Program-made: the position numbers and the translations under genes
The notes under the pieces: generated by a model
The model's input: the letters and a program-made list of their open reading frames with translations, nothing else
The model's database searches: none
What the model was told of the DNA's origin: nothing
Origin: the human T2T-CHM13v2.0 reference genome, Homo sapiens
NCBI RefSeq assembly: GCF_009914755.1
Contig: NC_060927.1
DNA length: 64,000 bases
Direction: 5' to 3' (one strand)
Part shown: one piece after another, positions 52,801 to 64,000 of the stretch
How positions within the stretch are numbered: the first letter of the stretch is position 1
Layout of the letters: the number at the start of each line of letters is the position of its first letter

Positions 52801-54963
52801 ATATCTTTCAGAAATAAAAGGGTAGTAAATGCTGACATTTTATGCGGCATGTGTTTCTGTGCCTTCCTTTCCTCAACAGTAGTGTCCTACTTCTACTTGG
52901 TGTATGTTTCCTGAATGGGTATCGAGGACATACAGTGTTGAGTTGTACTGTAGTTTGGTGGGCTGTGGAACCTTAAGTAGGCTGTCTCCTCCAACATGCA
53001 GGTGGAACAGAGGGGGATCTTCAAGAAGCAGAGGATGCCGTTTCTTTCTTTCAGTCATGGTTTCTTGGGTGTGGACTTCAGGAGGTCCATATGTGTGCTT
53101 CCAGGCAAGCGAGCACATGTGGCACCTACCATAGGAAGACAGCAGCCCTCAGCAGGAAGCAGCCCTCTGCGCATCAAAGAGCTGAGCCAGCCTAAGGCCC
53201 CTTCTGTGTTCACCACTCCTTTGTGGCTCTGGAGCCTTCATTTGAGCCTTGATCAGGCCCACTCACCTGTTCTGCTGGGATTATCCCCAGCTGAGCCACT
53301 GAAGGGGTCAACTATTAACTGAGAGGGTAGAGTAGAAGAGGGTCTGGCTATGAGGGTGAGACCAACATTTTGGGTTTCCTGGCCAGATGCTTCACCTTAG
53401 TAAAACCTTTCCTTCTAGTACTAGCCACTTTTTTAAAATTAAAGAATATGGATTTCTCTAGTAAATAGTAAATTTAATGGTCATGTGGCAAATCACAAAC
53501 ACCCCAGACCTCTTCCTGTTGTCTAATTGAAATACTAAGCACACACTTTTGCAGACACTTGCTGAGTATATTCTTAGCTGACTTGTGTTGTATCTGAAAT
53601 ACTAGACAGGAATGGTTTAATGAGTATTCCCATCATGGCAACAGGGCATTTTGCTTGTCACTTCTAATTCTCACATCTAATAATGCATTTGATCTACAAA
53701 TTAGACTGCAGGATTCTTGTCCAAGCAGCATCAGGGGCCGGGTGGGTTGAGGGAGAATTCAAACAAGATAAATGCTCTTTCTCAATTATCTCTTCCTCTT
53801 CCCAGAACCTCCCAGAAGGAGCATTTCTGTACTAAAATTGCCCAAAGAAGTCTTCATTTTCTACTCCCTGGTAATGGTGCCAAGTATTGAATTTGCATGG
53901 AAAGAGATGATATTGCAAAGAGACACATTAGAATACATTTCACAAGCTATAAATTGCTTGTCAGAAGCTCTGTAAGCCTTGAAATGGACTCTGTCCTGAA
54001 ATGTCTCTTGTGCAGTGTGTGTTTACCTTCTTTTTCCCCAACCTGCCAGTCTGTGCTCATTCTGAAGACACAGAGCCCCTCACACTGGATGACTGTGAAA
54101 GGAGGTACATCTGGAGCTCCAAGTCAGCCCTTGAGCTTTTGAAGCTGCCACTAAATCTTGATTCAGAGACCCTGCCTAGAGTTTTTGCTGCTTGTTCATC
54201 ATCAGCACCCTAAAGCCCCCAAGATGTCTTCCTGGCTGTTTTGCATGCTTCCTGGGCTCCCTCCCTTTTCCCTGATGACAGCAATTGCCAGGAAGGGCTG
54301 GGAAAGATACTCACCCACACTGTAAGGGATAGCTATGCCTCCCCAAAACCCTCTCCCAGGTGAACTTTGTCTTCACCAGGCAAGTTCTTAAGCTGATGGA
54401 GGGGCATTCAGGAAAAATCCAGGGCTTTACTCTGGGAAGCTTTTGGCAGTGCTTGGGACCGTCTAGGATCCCTCTTTTAACATGTGGCTCAGGTTGGTCA
54501 CCCAGAACCCTGTGAAGGGAAGGTGAAGGTTCTTAAAGTCATGGTACATTTCCTGGGTGCTAAGTATGTCATATACATTAGTTCAACAAATCCCCAGAAA
54601 GTCAACAAAGTAGGTATTGGCCCTTATTTACATAGTAGGAGATGAGATGAGAGAAGTTCATTAGCTGCTCCAAGTCACCCAGCAAATAAGGCACTGAGCT
54701 TGGATTTGAAACAGTTTATTTGGCTCTGAAATCCAAAATATTTCCACCATCTCATTCAGATTACCTAGGAACTTGAGGTTACCACCACCAGCTTCTAGAA
54801 GCTAGTCTGTCTTCTGTGTTCCCGTCGCAGGAGTTTAGTCTGCTAGTGGGCTTCATGTTCCAGGAGGTCCAAGTCCTTTGGTACATCACAGATTTGTACT
54901 TAGTAGTGACTCCCTCCCAGAATCTCCCAGGGAGCTGAAGCCTAGGCCTGGTACCTCTGGCCC

Positions 54964-55520
54964 TGTTGTGCTGAACCCCTCCCTGTTAACCTCAAGGAAG
55001 CACCAGGTTCAAGAGGCCAAAGAAGAGACCCACAGCCAGCAAACAAGCATAGGGTTTTATTAGGGGACTTACATACAGAAGAGAGAGCCCAGTAGTGATG
55101 GGCTAGACAGGAGAACCAACTTATGTACAGAAGCAGTTCAGTGTCATCGGGCTAGACAAGATATCCACCTTATGTACAGTCCAGTGACCCAGTGGCTGCA
55201 GGCTTTTTGCAGAAAAACCACAACTTCATGCAAACAGCGTGAAATTTATATAGCATTTTTACTTAACACTCTCCCCTTAATAACCACCACCTGGCAATCT
55301 TCCTTCAACCCAAAACCCAAGACCTCAATCCTCTCTATGGCCTGTGTTCCACAGGACCGAACAGGGGCTCAGATGTTCCTCATAGACAAGGAATGCATCT
55401 CCAGGATGATCATGCCCAGATTCTCTAGTTGGAACATACATTCAGTTCCAACTATGCAGACCAGCTATGCAGGGTCATTCTAAGGGTATGCTTAAGTTAT
55501 TGCTATCAGGTATGTTTACC
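54964..55520 (-). mobile_element. ERV-type solo LTR, subfamily unresolved
   Basis: TGTTGTGCTGAACCC...CACCAGGTTCAAGAGGCCAAAGAAGAGACCC; reverse poly(A) signal TTTATT near 55056; short internal repeats GGGCTAGACA.GA. Confidence 0.6.
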
Positions 55521-56599
55521 CCGTGAGGGGATCCTGGGACCAAGTCTACCATTCCCAGCTAGCAGCTCCTGCTCTCACACTGGGATAGCAGTGCACTTTA
55601 CCTGGGCTCATTCTTGTCTCAACATTTTTCAAACAGAAGTGAGAGGCACCAAGCTGGTCACAGTTTACTTCTCTCCCAGTGTCTGTTCTCAGACTAGCTA
55701 CACCACCATTGCAATTGGATGCAAAACCAGCAATAGCAATTTGCTTTAAACTCCTAACTATCCAGAGGCAATCATCTATGCTTTCCTCTGCTCTTAAGAT
55801 AAAGACAGAACTCCATAACATCCAATGAAGGCCTGCAGGGTTGGCCCACCAGCTTTTCCACCTGTATATTTCCCCTCACCCCTCTCTCTTCATAATGGGG
55901 GACACTCTGTCTTTCCTACTTTCCTGTTACCTCCTACCACAAGGCCTTTGCACGTGCTATTTCCTCTGCCTGGAAAGTTTCCCCTTCCCTCCCCCTTCAC
56001 ATGTCCCAATTTTATTCTGCTGTTCAGACCTCCCCTCCATGCCACAACTCCATCATCACAGACTGCTATCCAGTGAGTTTATGTCCATCTGGTGATGTTT
56101 ACCCCACTGGATTTAGCTCCCTCTGTTTCTGCTCATCTTGTTTTCCACAGTTTGTGGTACATGATAGGTGCTCAAGAAATAAGTCTTAATAGCCGATTAT
56201 TTAATTTTTATCACAACCCTATGAAACAAGACTGTTACCATTTCCCTTTTGCAAGTGAATAAATGGAGACTAAGAGGCTGAGCTGGAACTCAGAGCTTGG
56301 TCTGTCTGTCTCTAAAGCTGGTGTTTATTACACCATGGCACCTCCACGCCCTAACTCCTCAGTCTTGCCTTTGGCCTTCCATCTTGGCTTCTGGAGTAAT
56401 GCTGTCCACCTCCCCTGCTTTGCAGCACAAGGACATCTGTTGCTAGTTTGGATTTTTGTTCAGACATCTGCCTGCCCTAGTGCCCAGGGGTCCCTAAGGG
56501 ATAGGAATCTCATGTTTAGTCACCTCCTTCTCTGGTACCTGTGGCTATTCCTGCCCAGGACATTGTAGATTCTCAGTAGGTGTTTGGGAATCCCATTCC

Positions 56600-57133
56600 C
56601 CTCTGTTTCAGCCAGGCCTCTATGGATTACCAGTGACAGAAAACTCAACCTCGCTTAAAGAAACAGGAATATATATTAGCTTGTGTAATTGAAGACATTC
56701 AAGAGTAGACTGGATTCAGGTATGACTGGATTCAGAGTTCAAACTATACCTTCAGGGCTCAGTTCTTTTGCTGTTGCTTTCTGCTGATGAGCTGCAGTTT
56801 CAGACTTCTTACAATAGCAAGATGATGGCTTTGCCAGAGCTCTGGCCCCTCTGTGTCTCAGCCACTCAGCCTCAGAAACCACCTCCCTCCCCAACACTGA
56901 ACAAAGGTCCTCAGCATGGCTAACACGAGTCTGATGTGAGGTCACTTGTCTCCTCCTCACCTAATTGCTGTGGCTGGGGAGACACCCTGATTCAAGCAAG
57001 ACCCATTCTTAAAGCTGGGAGTGAGGTCAGCCCCACCCGAGAGCAAGAGTTGGGGGTGAGGGGAGGCAGGGGGACACTTTTACCAGGAAAAGGATTAATG
57101 GATGCCAGGCCTTGAAAGCCAGCTTTCCACTAC
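56600..57133 (-). mobile_element. Old MLT1 (J/K/L-like) LTR
   Basis: CAGTGACAGAAAACTCAAC...TTCAGGTATGACTGGATTCAG...CCACTACA. Confidence 0.6.
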
Positions 57134-57619
57134 AATCTCCTTTCAAGATTTTTCAAGCTGACCTTATACCTCCTCTGACTCTGACTTCCCATTCCTCAAG
57201 TCCCTTCAGGGAAGACTGTCAGGCCTGGGGCTATAAACAGGTCATGGCATCCTTCTTTGAGCAGAGAGGGTGAGTCCGCTTCTAGCTTCTGCCTTCACAG
57301 GTTTTGCTGCTCTGAGAACCCCCAGCTAATGTGTGACTGGCACATCCAGCTTAGTGTCATACTTCCAGACACCCAGAGCCCACGAGCCTGGCCCTGAAAA
57401 GAGGGGCAGGACCCCAGGAGAGGGTCCTGATCCTCTGCCTTCACACTCTGAGAAGCCAGCTTTGTTTTAAAGGTAGTCATGGGGGGAGAATTTCCCGAAG
57501 CCCCTAACGATGCTCTCCAGGGAGCTCAGAGAGGTTTCTGAGAAATGCGTGGGCAGGGGCTGTGTATACTACTCCAGCCTCTACACAGCCACCCCCAATG
57601 CAGAGACACCACAGGCAGA

Positions 57620-58020
57620 CATGCAGTCACACACATCTGCACACTCACTAACACTGCCATCTCTCTGCCTCCCTCGATTCTGCCCTTCCTCCCTCTTTCC
57701 CTTTCCCTCTTTCCCTCACAGTATGCTGTCACACACATCTTTCCTACATACTCCACAGACCCTCTTCTATCCTCCTCTTTTCTCCCTCTGCCCTCTCCCA
57801 CTTGTCCTTCCCTCCTTCTCCTTCTCCTACCACCTCAGGACCTTCCCTCTCCCCATCCTTTTTTCTCACACACACACATCCCCATTTCTCTCACATACAC
57901 ATACATGATATACCCAATCTCTCTCACTCTCATGCACACTTCCCCCTCACACTCCATACCATAACACTCCACCATCCCCCCTCCCCCAGACTCCAGCACC
58001 CACACCCCCAACCCTGAGCC
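57620..58020. repeat. C/T- and CA-rich low-complexity tract
   Basis: Strong G depletion on the + strand over about 400 bp. Confidence 0.8.
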
Positions 58021-60677
58021 TTCTGACCATGTCTGTGACTGCTGTCCCTTCAAAGGTTGGCCTTCATAGGTTTTCTCGGGCCATTCTACCTCTAGATATA
58101 CCCGAGATGGCAGTCAAATCCTAAACCGGTGTTCCATCCTCAAAGAGCAGTCTCACGCTCTCACAGAGTGCCTCAGGTGAGAGGGCTGTAGTCAAAAAAG
58201 GGGTGACCTGGGCATGGTCACACAGTCACTGTGACAGCGGTGGGGATGAAACCCGGCTCTCTGGACCTGTAGGGCAGTATTTTCTCATGTCTCTCTTCTC
58301 ATTTGAAGTGCATCTCACACATCCTGAATCCTCATTGTGTAATAAGGGAGGTGCTGTGAGGATAAAGTCAAATTTAGCATATGGCAAAGGGAGCCTCATA
58401 AATCAATGCAGGAACCTGTGTGTACAGGTAATTTTGAGTTCATGAGTTTGACTCCCCGCAACCACAGCAAAATGACCAAAGAAGTAAAAGATCACTTTTA
58501 ATGGGTCTGTTTCAGCTCTGGATACAGGAATGGCCGTCTCAGGCCAGAATTCCTGCATGATCTCACTAGGAGGACTCTGTGGTGGGATATCTGGACCAGC
58601 CCCAGGGGAGCTGCTATGAGAGCAGCCTAAGCAAGTAGGGTCTAGCCTGGCAGATTCCACAGGGCCTGCATCTCAGAGCAGCAGGGCTGAGAGCGTGGAT
58701 CACAATGTGGCATTGGGCAAAGGCATCGGCATCTTTGAAATAATGAAAACTTTCTTCACCAGGCAAAATAACAACTGTAAGAAAAATCTGGGCACTCTGA
58801 GATGTAGCTTGGCAAAGCTTGTGCTGCTTGGCAAAGCCCCTGGTTTACTGTTTGGGTGAAGCAAAACGCTCCGCCCATCGTCCTAACTCCTCACCTTCTG
58901 CATCAGCTTGCCTGGCTATCAGCAGCCCTGCCAACAACTCAGTAAAAGGCTCCTCTGTTGCCATGGAGGCTTTTGACTTCTTCAGTGAAGCCTAGACCTT
59001 GACTCACTGCCTTTGCAAATAAAACCAACCACGACCAAAAGAAGAAAAGCTTATGGGAATAGGAAACTAATTACTTTTCTGTATAATAGCTAAAATTATT
59101 GAGAGCTGACTCCTGTACGGTTCTAAGCACTCACCTACCCTCACAACAACTCTATAAGGCAGATATACTTTACCCATTTTACAAAGGCAGAAACTAAAGA
59201 AAGAGAGATCAAGTAACTTGCCTGTGGTCTCACAGAGAGGAAGTCAAAGAGTCAGGATTCATATCCAGGTATGTTGGCTCCAGGGTTGGCATTCTTATCC
59301 TCTGACCTATAGTGCCCACAAAAGAGTTCACAAATCTGTGGGCTTTCCAAAGAGTGAGTTCTAAGGTACTCAGTTGAATCTTGGTCAGTGTTTTCAATTT
59401 TGGTAGGAAAAAAAAAAGTCCCCTCTCAAAGCAATTTATTCAAGGCTTCTCTTGGGAGATATTTCTGGCTATATACAGATGGAGTAGATCTTTCTATTCA
59501 GAGCCGTGAAGTCCACCATGATGGGTAATGTTAAAATAAAAAACACCCCCTCTCCACCTACACGCACGAGATCTTTGGCCAGGCTCCCACTCTGGAGGTG
59601 GGGATTGAGAACAAATGTGCACGATTTCCATTCCTGAGGAAGTGTCCCACGGGATGGTACCAGAGCTCAGAGCCTCCTGTGTCTCTGTAGACAGAAGTCT
59701 GCAGAGGCATGGAAATGCTGCAGAACCCATTTGGTGGTCTCGTCTGTTCAAACTATTTGGACTCTAGAAGGGGTACTTGTGATCCTCCACTGACAATATG
59801 AGCAACAGGGGTGGAAAATGAGCTCAGTGACTTAAAGAGAATGAAGTGTTGCCACAGGAATTCAGCTGGAAGAGTGTTACAGAGAGCTGGTGTTCCTCAT
59901 CTGCTCTTCTCTGTCAAAGCAACCCTGGACACTCTGATCTGAGTTTAGTACTGCACTCCCTTTTAAATCAGAGTTATTAGCACTTTCACTATCAAAATGA
60001 AAAGTCAGAATGGATTAGCGGGTTGGATGACCTGTATTGGGCCCCATCAGAGACCACTCCATGATTTCAACTTATTTTTCAAGTCAAACAACAACAGCAG
60101 CCTTTTTGATATGTATATTTAAGTAGAAGTGCATTAAGTTTGCATTTTATTTGCTAAATATACATTTCTTTCCATTTTTTAAGAAGTAAGGCCATTGATT
60201 TTTGCCAGAAAATGAGGCATGCCCCTTTTCAAAGTTTTTATGTATAGCCTGCATATGTGGTATGAACCCATTTGTAATGCAATACATTCCATAAAAGTGT
60301 GAGCAGAATTTTGCATGTGTGCATTTGTCTGGAAAAGAGGGACCCTTTGGTAGCAGCTGTGGGTAGTTGGCAGTGGGCAAAAAAAGACTGATTTTTTTCT
60401 TCCCTCCTAACACTCTGTTTATCTGCAGATCCTTTTCTATCTAAGTTCTACATAAACAGTGTTGCACTGTAAGCAAAGTGCCCTGGGTCTTCATGAATAT
60501 TCTGAATCATCCATGCATACTCACAGAGGGAAGCTAGTGCTACCAACCTCTTCACAATAAAGGCATATGCATATTCTTCCTGATCAAATATTCTGTCCCC
60601 TTCTCTTTCTCAATTTTTCTGATCAAATATTCTGTCCCCTTCTCTTCTGGATGTGTGTATCTCTCTCTGTCTCTCTC

Positions 60678-60679
<2 letters not shown>

Positions 60680-60728
<49 letters not shown>
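60680..60728. repeat. (TG)n microsatellite, about 24 units; second imperfect (TG)n at about 60846-60889
   Basis: Read directly from the sequence. Confidence 0.97.
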
Positions 60729-60729
<1 letters not shown>

Positions 60730-62076
60730 TTCTTACAGATCAGAGATAAAATGACCTAAAGAAATATCTGGGATTATTATTGACATTTTACAGTCATTTC
60801 CAAAAATGCAAAACAAACAGCTATCTCCAGGCATATATTAAGAGGGTGTGTGGGTGTGCATGTGTGTGCGTGTGTGTGTGTGTGTGTGTACATTTGATTA
60901 GGAATTTCAAGTCAAGATCTCTTGTTTGTTTCATTCAGCACCAGAATGTAATTTTATCTGAAAAGTATCTGGTTTTGGATAGAAAACAGGTTGGCCCAGC
61001 TGAGAACTGGCATTTGGAAGTGCACTGGACAATTAACCAGCTTTTCCTGTAGAACTTTCTGGTGACCACCCGATTTTGCCCTGCCTATGTAGAAGGGAGG
61101 GGGACCCACATCAGAAGAGGATGGGTGTTGCAGGAGGCACATTTCAAGAAAGTGTCTGGATTTACAAAAAAATGTGTTTCTTCTTAGTCTAAGATAGTTT
61201 CTTCATAATTTATGTGGTCTGAGAAAAATGCTATGCTTATTAATAATAGTACTTTGCAGATGAGAGGGCACTAATATTTGAGCACTATAATATGCAAAGC
61301 ATTGTAATTTGGTGGAGTATGAGCATGATGTCTTTAGGTCCTTTCCACAAATTTATGAAACCAGGGTGAAGGTGAGGATGATAGCCATTTGTACAAATAA
61401 AGATACTGAGGTTCATAGAAGCAAAATAATTTGCCTGTGGCCACAGGGCTAGGGAGTGGTCACATACTCTCCATCACAGTATATGTTTACACATGCACTG
61501 GAGTCAACATGAATGGGGCCAAACATATATATACACACACTCTCGTGCTTTTCTTATACCACAGGGAGTGTACTGATTTGCCCTGCCCAAAAAAGATCCC
61601 CTGAGATTTCTCTTCCAATTATTCCCTTCCCTCTGTACAGTCTCTTGCTGCTATTTGAAGCATGTTTGTATTAAGAACATTTAGCTAAAGCAAACCTCAT
61701 AGTCTGTGACTGACAAGAAAGCACATGATAAAACCATGTCTTTGGCTCTTCCATATCTTGAATTTACAAACCAAGAAAGTGGGAAAAAAAAGTAAAAATT
61801 CATGTAACATTTCCCCTACAAAGTTGTATTAAACCGGGCAGCTTTAAATGAGCTTTGGTGCCTCTCTCTCCCTGTTGCACATGTGTTGATGGATTTTTCT
61901 CGGCATTGGTTGTCTGAGATTTCACAGCTCTCCGTCACCTCCCTTCTGAAACTGGTAATAGCAACGAGCAGTAGCACTGTGCTGTTCCTTCACTCTGGTA
62001 TTGCTCTCTACCCAGAGCCCTGTGTCTTTTCTTAAGAAGACTACCTGGCTTATCCTCTGTCTGGGCTTTTCTGGCC

Positions 62077-62147
62077 ATGAGGACATGGAGTGAAGATTTT
62101 GGAGCTCTGTGCCCTGTGTCCTGGCGTTTAATTATTTCTCAAGACAC
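62077..62147 (+). CDS. MYRIP: Candidate alternative first coding exon of MYRIP (MRTWSEDFGALCPVSWRLIISQD+AC)
   Basis: GCCATG at 62077 in non-repeat sequence, 23 open codons plus 2 nt, then donor CAC|GTGAGC at 62148. Phase 2 matches the end of the 5452-5673 exon. The transcription start cannot be determined from sequence. Confidence 0.6.
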
Positions 62148-62849
62148 GTGAGCTAAATTTGAGTAGAAGAGCTTGGCAGAAAGAAAACCACCAGTTACGG
62201 TAATTTTAATAATTAAGCAACATTGACTTGTCCTTTATTTCACAATTTGCTATTATTGATTATGTACTATAATCCTTTATTATACATTGCCTGATTGTTT
62301 TCATTGATGTTTTGGAACAGAACTATGTCAATTTTGTCCTATTTTGTACATTTTTTAGCATTTTGCATATGCATATCTGTGCAAACATTAAGAAATAAAT
62401 CATAAAGGAAGAGCATTTTAAACCATTGGCTCTATTTCAACAATATGGGTGGAAAAAGTATTTCTCCTCTCCTTATTGACTGCTTTACAAAAACAGGTAG
62501 AATTTTATTCTTTTATTGATAAAACAGAAACCTGATGTGGTGAGGGTTGTAGCTGTGGCTGCCTTTGCTGCAGATGTGCTATCTCTGAGGCTGGGACTAA
62601 ACTTCTTAGTTTATTCCAGCAGGGAGTGGGAAAGTCACATGTGAGTTTAAGAACATTGACTTACTCTGGGCTAACCCAACATACATGTTTTTTGAGCAGC
62701 AACTGATGAGACCTGAATGTTCTAGGAAATTTCATTGTGTAAGCATGGATTTGACAAAGATGACACAGCATGATACTATATCCATCACCCAGGAGGGACA
62801 TTAAGAGATTTCTTAGGGTCCTGAAGCTAAAAACGAAGTCCTTGGATCT

Positions 62850-64000
62850 TTTTCTTATTTATTTAATTTTATTTTAATCCAAGTCATGAATGTATAGACT
62901 TTAAAACATCAAATAATTCTCTTGACTTATTGAAAAGAAAAAAAAGCCCCTCACCCCACTCCACCCCATCTGTGCTCCTTACACACCACTTTCAACTTTT
63001 AGCTTTCTTTCAGTATTTACTTCCAAATTTCTAAATAATATGCTTACCCTTTTTGTTTTTACAGCTTATATCTTTATTTTCTTCTATGAAAAGGTTTTGT
63101 TTTCAACACCTCCAACACTCAACACATACATATCCCCCTTTCCTCCATTCTCCCAGTATATCTGCAATATAGTCTTTGTTACATCAGTTTTCTGTGTTTT
63201 ATTATTATAATCATAAAAAGCAGCTTTCTGGTGTTGCTGTTGAGTCATTCTGATATTTGATCCTTTCTATGTGGCTTTTTCCCCTCTTTGAAAGTTTCTA
63301 GGCTCTTTCCTTTGGTCTCAGTGTTATAAAACTTCACCAATGTCTTTCCTTTGGGTCTTTATTTCTGCCACTGTACTTGAGCTCTTAGAGAACCATTTCA
63401 TTTTGGATAGCTTTTCCAGGCTTGAGAAACTTTCTTGAATTACATCTTTGATTATTTTCTTTCTTCCATTTTCTTTGTTTCTTCTGAAGTAAAGATATTA
63501 GACCTCTCAGATTAATTCTCTAGTTTTCTTTTTTCTTCTTTTTTCCTCTCTTTGTCCTGTTTTCTGGAAAATATCCTCAATTTCATCATCAATCCTATCA
63601 AGTGTTTAATTTACACAATAATTTCTTTATTTCTGAGAGTTATTTTTGTTTCTATATTCCCTTTACTATGTAATGCTATTGCTTCATACCTGCAATATAT
63701 TCTTATTAATCATTTTTGAAGTTTTTTTTCTCCTTCAACTTTCTTTATTGTGTTTGTTTTGGTATTTATCTTTAACGATAGCAACTTTGCTCAAGAATCC
63801 CATGACCCAGGACTGGCAGTTTACCTTTAATAGTGATGCACTGAAAGCTGATCTGAGGGTTAGTGGGCCTCAGTAGGGCTTATTGACTGGTTGGCTTCAG
63901 CCTAGGATGATCTGGCTGGACTGTTTTATTGGGAGAACTGTCAGTAGGTCTTTTTCTTTAGAGTCGGTCAGTTTCTCAGAAAGGAATGCTCCAGTCTCCT
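62850..64000 (-). mobile_element. Old L1ME-like fragments
   Basis: T-rich degenerate L1 sequence; boundaries approximate. Confidence 0.55.

Overview
This is human genomic DNA from inside MYRIP (Slac2-c; myosin VIIA and Rab27 interacting protein), transcribed on the + strand. The only confidently recognised host coding sequence is a 222-bp internal exon at 5452-5673 encoding the Cys-rich zinc-finger part of the Rab27-binding (Slp-homology) domain. The rest is intron, dense in transposon fossils: L1, Alu, L2/MIR, MaLR/ERV LTRs, a near full-length Tigger1, hAT/Tigger MITEs and an LTR12C solo LTR. Almost all ORFs in the supplied track are repeat-derived or random. I see no new multi-gene system. 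The notable observations are: (1) a very young L1HS Ta-1 insertion (1588-3711) with a perfect 16-bp TSD, a ~25-bp twin-priming inversion and an apparently two-generation 3' transduction of ~1.25 kb; (2) a candidate alternative first coding exon at 62077-62147, in phase with the main frame, which would give a MYRIP isoform lacking most of the Rab27-binding domain; (3) two short dispersed duplications that look like templated insertions into old repeats, each from a donor ~2.34 kb downstream; (4) a ~1.7-kb AT-rich minisatellite whose 32-bp unit is largely a 26-bp palindrome. Repeat subfamily names come from remembered consensus sequences, not from a RepeatMasker run.
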